64,000 nucleotides of DNA. Source: Eledone cirrhosa (lineage: Eukaryota). The stretch is from the NCBI GenBank assembly GCA_964016885.1, contig OZ024755.1:38316001-38380000 (forward strand). Reading direction: 5' to 3'. The notes beneath the pieces are model-generated. The model was not told the DNA's origin, ran no database searches, and saw nothing but the letters and a program-made list of their open reading frames with translations. Shown piece by piece: positions 61,676 through 64,000 of this stretch. Numbering within the stretch: position 1 is the first letter of the stretch; every line of letters begins with the position of its first letter. The position numbers were made by a program, and so were the translations under genes.

Positions 61676-62400
61676 TAGTGTGGTGTTTGTGGTTGTGGTG
61701 GTGGTGGTATTGTTGGTGGTCGTAGTAGTGGTGGTGGTGGTAATAGTTGTAGTAGTGGTAGTAGTTTCAGACACTAGTAGTAGTTTGTCTCCTATCAGTA
61801 TTTAGGTGAAGTAGTGTAGAGGTGGTAGTAGTAGTAGTGGTGGTGGTGGTGGTTTTAGTAGTGTTGGTGGTAGTGGTAGTAGTAGTAGTGTTGGCGGTAG
61901 TAGTGGTGGTAGTGGTAGTAGTAGTGGTGGTGGTAGTGGTGGTGGTTGTAGTGGTGTTGGTAGTGGTAATGGTGGTAGTGGTGGTAGTAGTAGTGGTGGT
62001 AGTAGAGGTAGTAGTTTCAGACACTAGTAGTAGTTTGTCTCCTATCAGTATTTAGGTGAAGTAGTGTAGAGGTGGTAGTAGTAGTAGTGGTGGTGGTGGT
62101 GGTTTTAGTAGTGTTGGTGGTAGTGGTAGTGGTAGTAGTGTTGGCGGTAGTAGTGGTGGTGGTGGTGGTAGTAGTTGTGGTAGTGGTAATGGTGGTAGTG
62201 GTGGTAGTTGTAGTGGTGGTAGTAGTTGTGGTGGTAGTGGTGGTAGTAGTGGTGGTGGTAGTAGTGGTAGTAGTTGTGGTGGTAGTAGTTGTGGTAGTGG
62301 TAATAGTGGTAGTAGTAGTGGTGGTAGTGGTGGTAGTAGTGGTGGTGGTAGTGGTGGTAGTGGTGGTGGTAGTTTGTCTCCTCAGTATTTAGGTGAAGTA
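61676..62400. repeat. (GTG/GTA)n trinucleotide region with a ~250-bp tandem duplication
   Basis: TTTCAGACACTAGTAGTAGTTTGTCTCCTATCAGTATTTAGGTGAAG occurs at ~61765 and ~62015, and partially at ~62370. Confidence 0.88.
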
Positions 62401-62496
62401 GAGGGGGGGGGCAAGAAACTGATACTTTCCTAACTTTTGGTGACTATTAATTCTTTGATTTCTTATAACATTTATATGGATAGCTTAACTCCCAAT

Positions 62497-62837
62497 ACTC
62501 TCTCTCTCTCTTGCTCTCACACATACCCTCTCTCTCTTGCTCTCACACATACCCTCTCTCTCTTGCTCTCACACATACCCTCTCTCTCTTGCTCTCACAC
62601 ATACTCTCTCTCTCTCTTGCTCTCACACATACTCTCTCTCTCTCTCTCTCTCTCATACGCACTCACTCACTCACTCTCTCTTACTCTCATACATACACAC
62701 ACACTCACTCTCTCTCTCTTACTCTCATACATACACACACACTCACTCTCTCTCACACACCCTCTCTCTCTCTCACACACCCTCTCTCTCTCTCACACAC
62801 CCTCTCTCTCTCTCACACACACACACCCTCACACACC

Positions 62838-62870
<33 letters not shown>

Positions 62871-62898
62871 CCTCTCTCTCTCTCTCTCTCTCACACAC

Positions 62899-62938
<40 letters not shown>

Positions 62939-63045
62939 CATCTCTCACACACACACCCTCTCTCTCTCACACACCCTCTCTCTCTCACACACCCCCTCTC
63001 TCTCTCACACACCCTCTCTCTCTCTCTTTCACACACACACACACA
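62497..63045. repeat. Compound (CT)n/(CA)n repeat
   Basis: Direct reading. Confidence 0.9.
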
Positions 63046-63271
63046 GCTGAATCTAATGTGAGATGGACAAACCAGGTCTAGAAGACTGCCTGGTCTGGTG
63101 GTGTTGTAGGCAGTGTATTGCTCTCATATTCCATATTTACAGCCAGACATTCTAATCAAGAAATATTTATCATTATTATTATTATTATTGAAAACTGGAT
63201 TTTCTTTCTCTCTACTCAGGTTTCATGCCACTGTGAATTTTAGTTTAAATAATATATATATATATATATAT

Positions 63272-63608
63272 ATATGCAAAAGTTTTATTTAAAATTGTTG
63301 GGTTACAACGAATAAATATTTTATAACTGATATAAAGCACTCAACAAGTTTTGGAGTAGATATACGATATTAAACAAATGGAAACTATATTTATAAAACC
63401 ATATTTATTTCATTATACATATTTCAGGGATACCATATTAGAAATATGGCATGCCTTCTTCAGACAAAATACAATATATAAGCAGTTTTATAAATAAATT
63501 TGATGTACCATGAATATTGTTCAACTTCCATTTAAAAAAGTTGGTTTGGAAATATGTATAATGAAATAAATATGGTTTTATAAATATAGTTTCCATTTGT
63601 TTAATATC

Positions 63609-63612
<4 letters not shown>
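63272..63612. mobile_element. Rearranged mini-copy of the 29268-30085 family between two (TA)n tracts
   Basis: Direct segment, then inverted hammerhead segment, then re-inverted 3' end (63549-63612 vs 63362-63425). Confidence 0.7.
63406..63471 (-). ncRNA. Minus-strand copy of the 29974-30039 hammerhead
   Basis: Reverse-complement match including CTGAAGA and GAAATATGTATA. Confidence 0.6.
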
Positions 63613-63658
<46 letters not shown>

Positions 63659-63840
63659 TAATAAAAACAATGAAATAAAAACAAAGAACAAATTGCTTAT
63701 ATTAAAAAATTCATCATTTTACGATCGTTTCTAGGATGTATATGTGTGTGTTGGTATGTATATCATATAGATCTATGTAAAAATATTACAAATTATCTGA
63801 AGAAATATACATGCCGTCCGTATTTTTTGGTAGATTTATC

Positions 63841-63894
<54 letters not shown>

Positions 63895-64000
63895 TTAGTT
63901 AAGCAAAACAAGACCACAAATTTCACAAGGAAGACATTATTAAAAGATTATCAACATATTTAGTTTGATGTAAGTAATGTAGAGAATAATAATAATAATA

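Overview
Eukaryotic, AT- and microsatellite-rich genomic DNA. The repeat complement (RTE LINEs with (GAT)n tails, CORE/Ceph- and Nin-domain tRNA-SINEs, long (TA)n tracts) suggests an octopus-like cephalopod; this is an inference. The only host coding sequence I can support is three small + strand exons (4311-4411, 24410-24495, 53667-53807). They splice in frame into a CAP/SORBS (sorbin and SH3 domain) adaptor segment ending in the first half of an SH3 domain, separated by ~20 kb and ~29 kb introns. The introns contain: (i) a 5'-truncated RTE LINE with a YAND-mutated RT and a PHD-type finger; (ii) a Penelope-like (PLE) GIY-YIG remnant and many short, (TA)n-anchored fold-back elements carrying minimal type-I hammerhead ribozymes, one with a U3-A8 core covariation; (iii) hAT, piggyBac, mariner and Helitron relics; (iv) large minisatellites (20, 33, 70/79, 73, 46, 41/43 and 12 bp units). 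Several arrays can be traced to the transposon fragment they grew from: a hAT TSD+TIR junction, a CRE-like endonuclease tail, a Vingi/Ingi-like 3' end and a piggyBac MITE interior. The very long ORFs in the ORF track are artefacts of tandem repeats. All family assignments come from motif recognition, not database searches.
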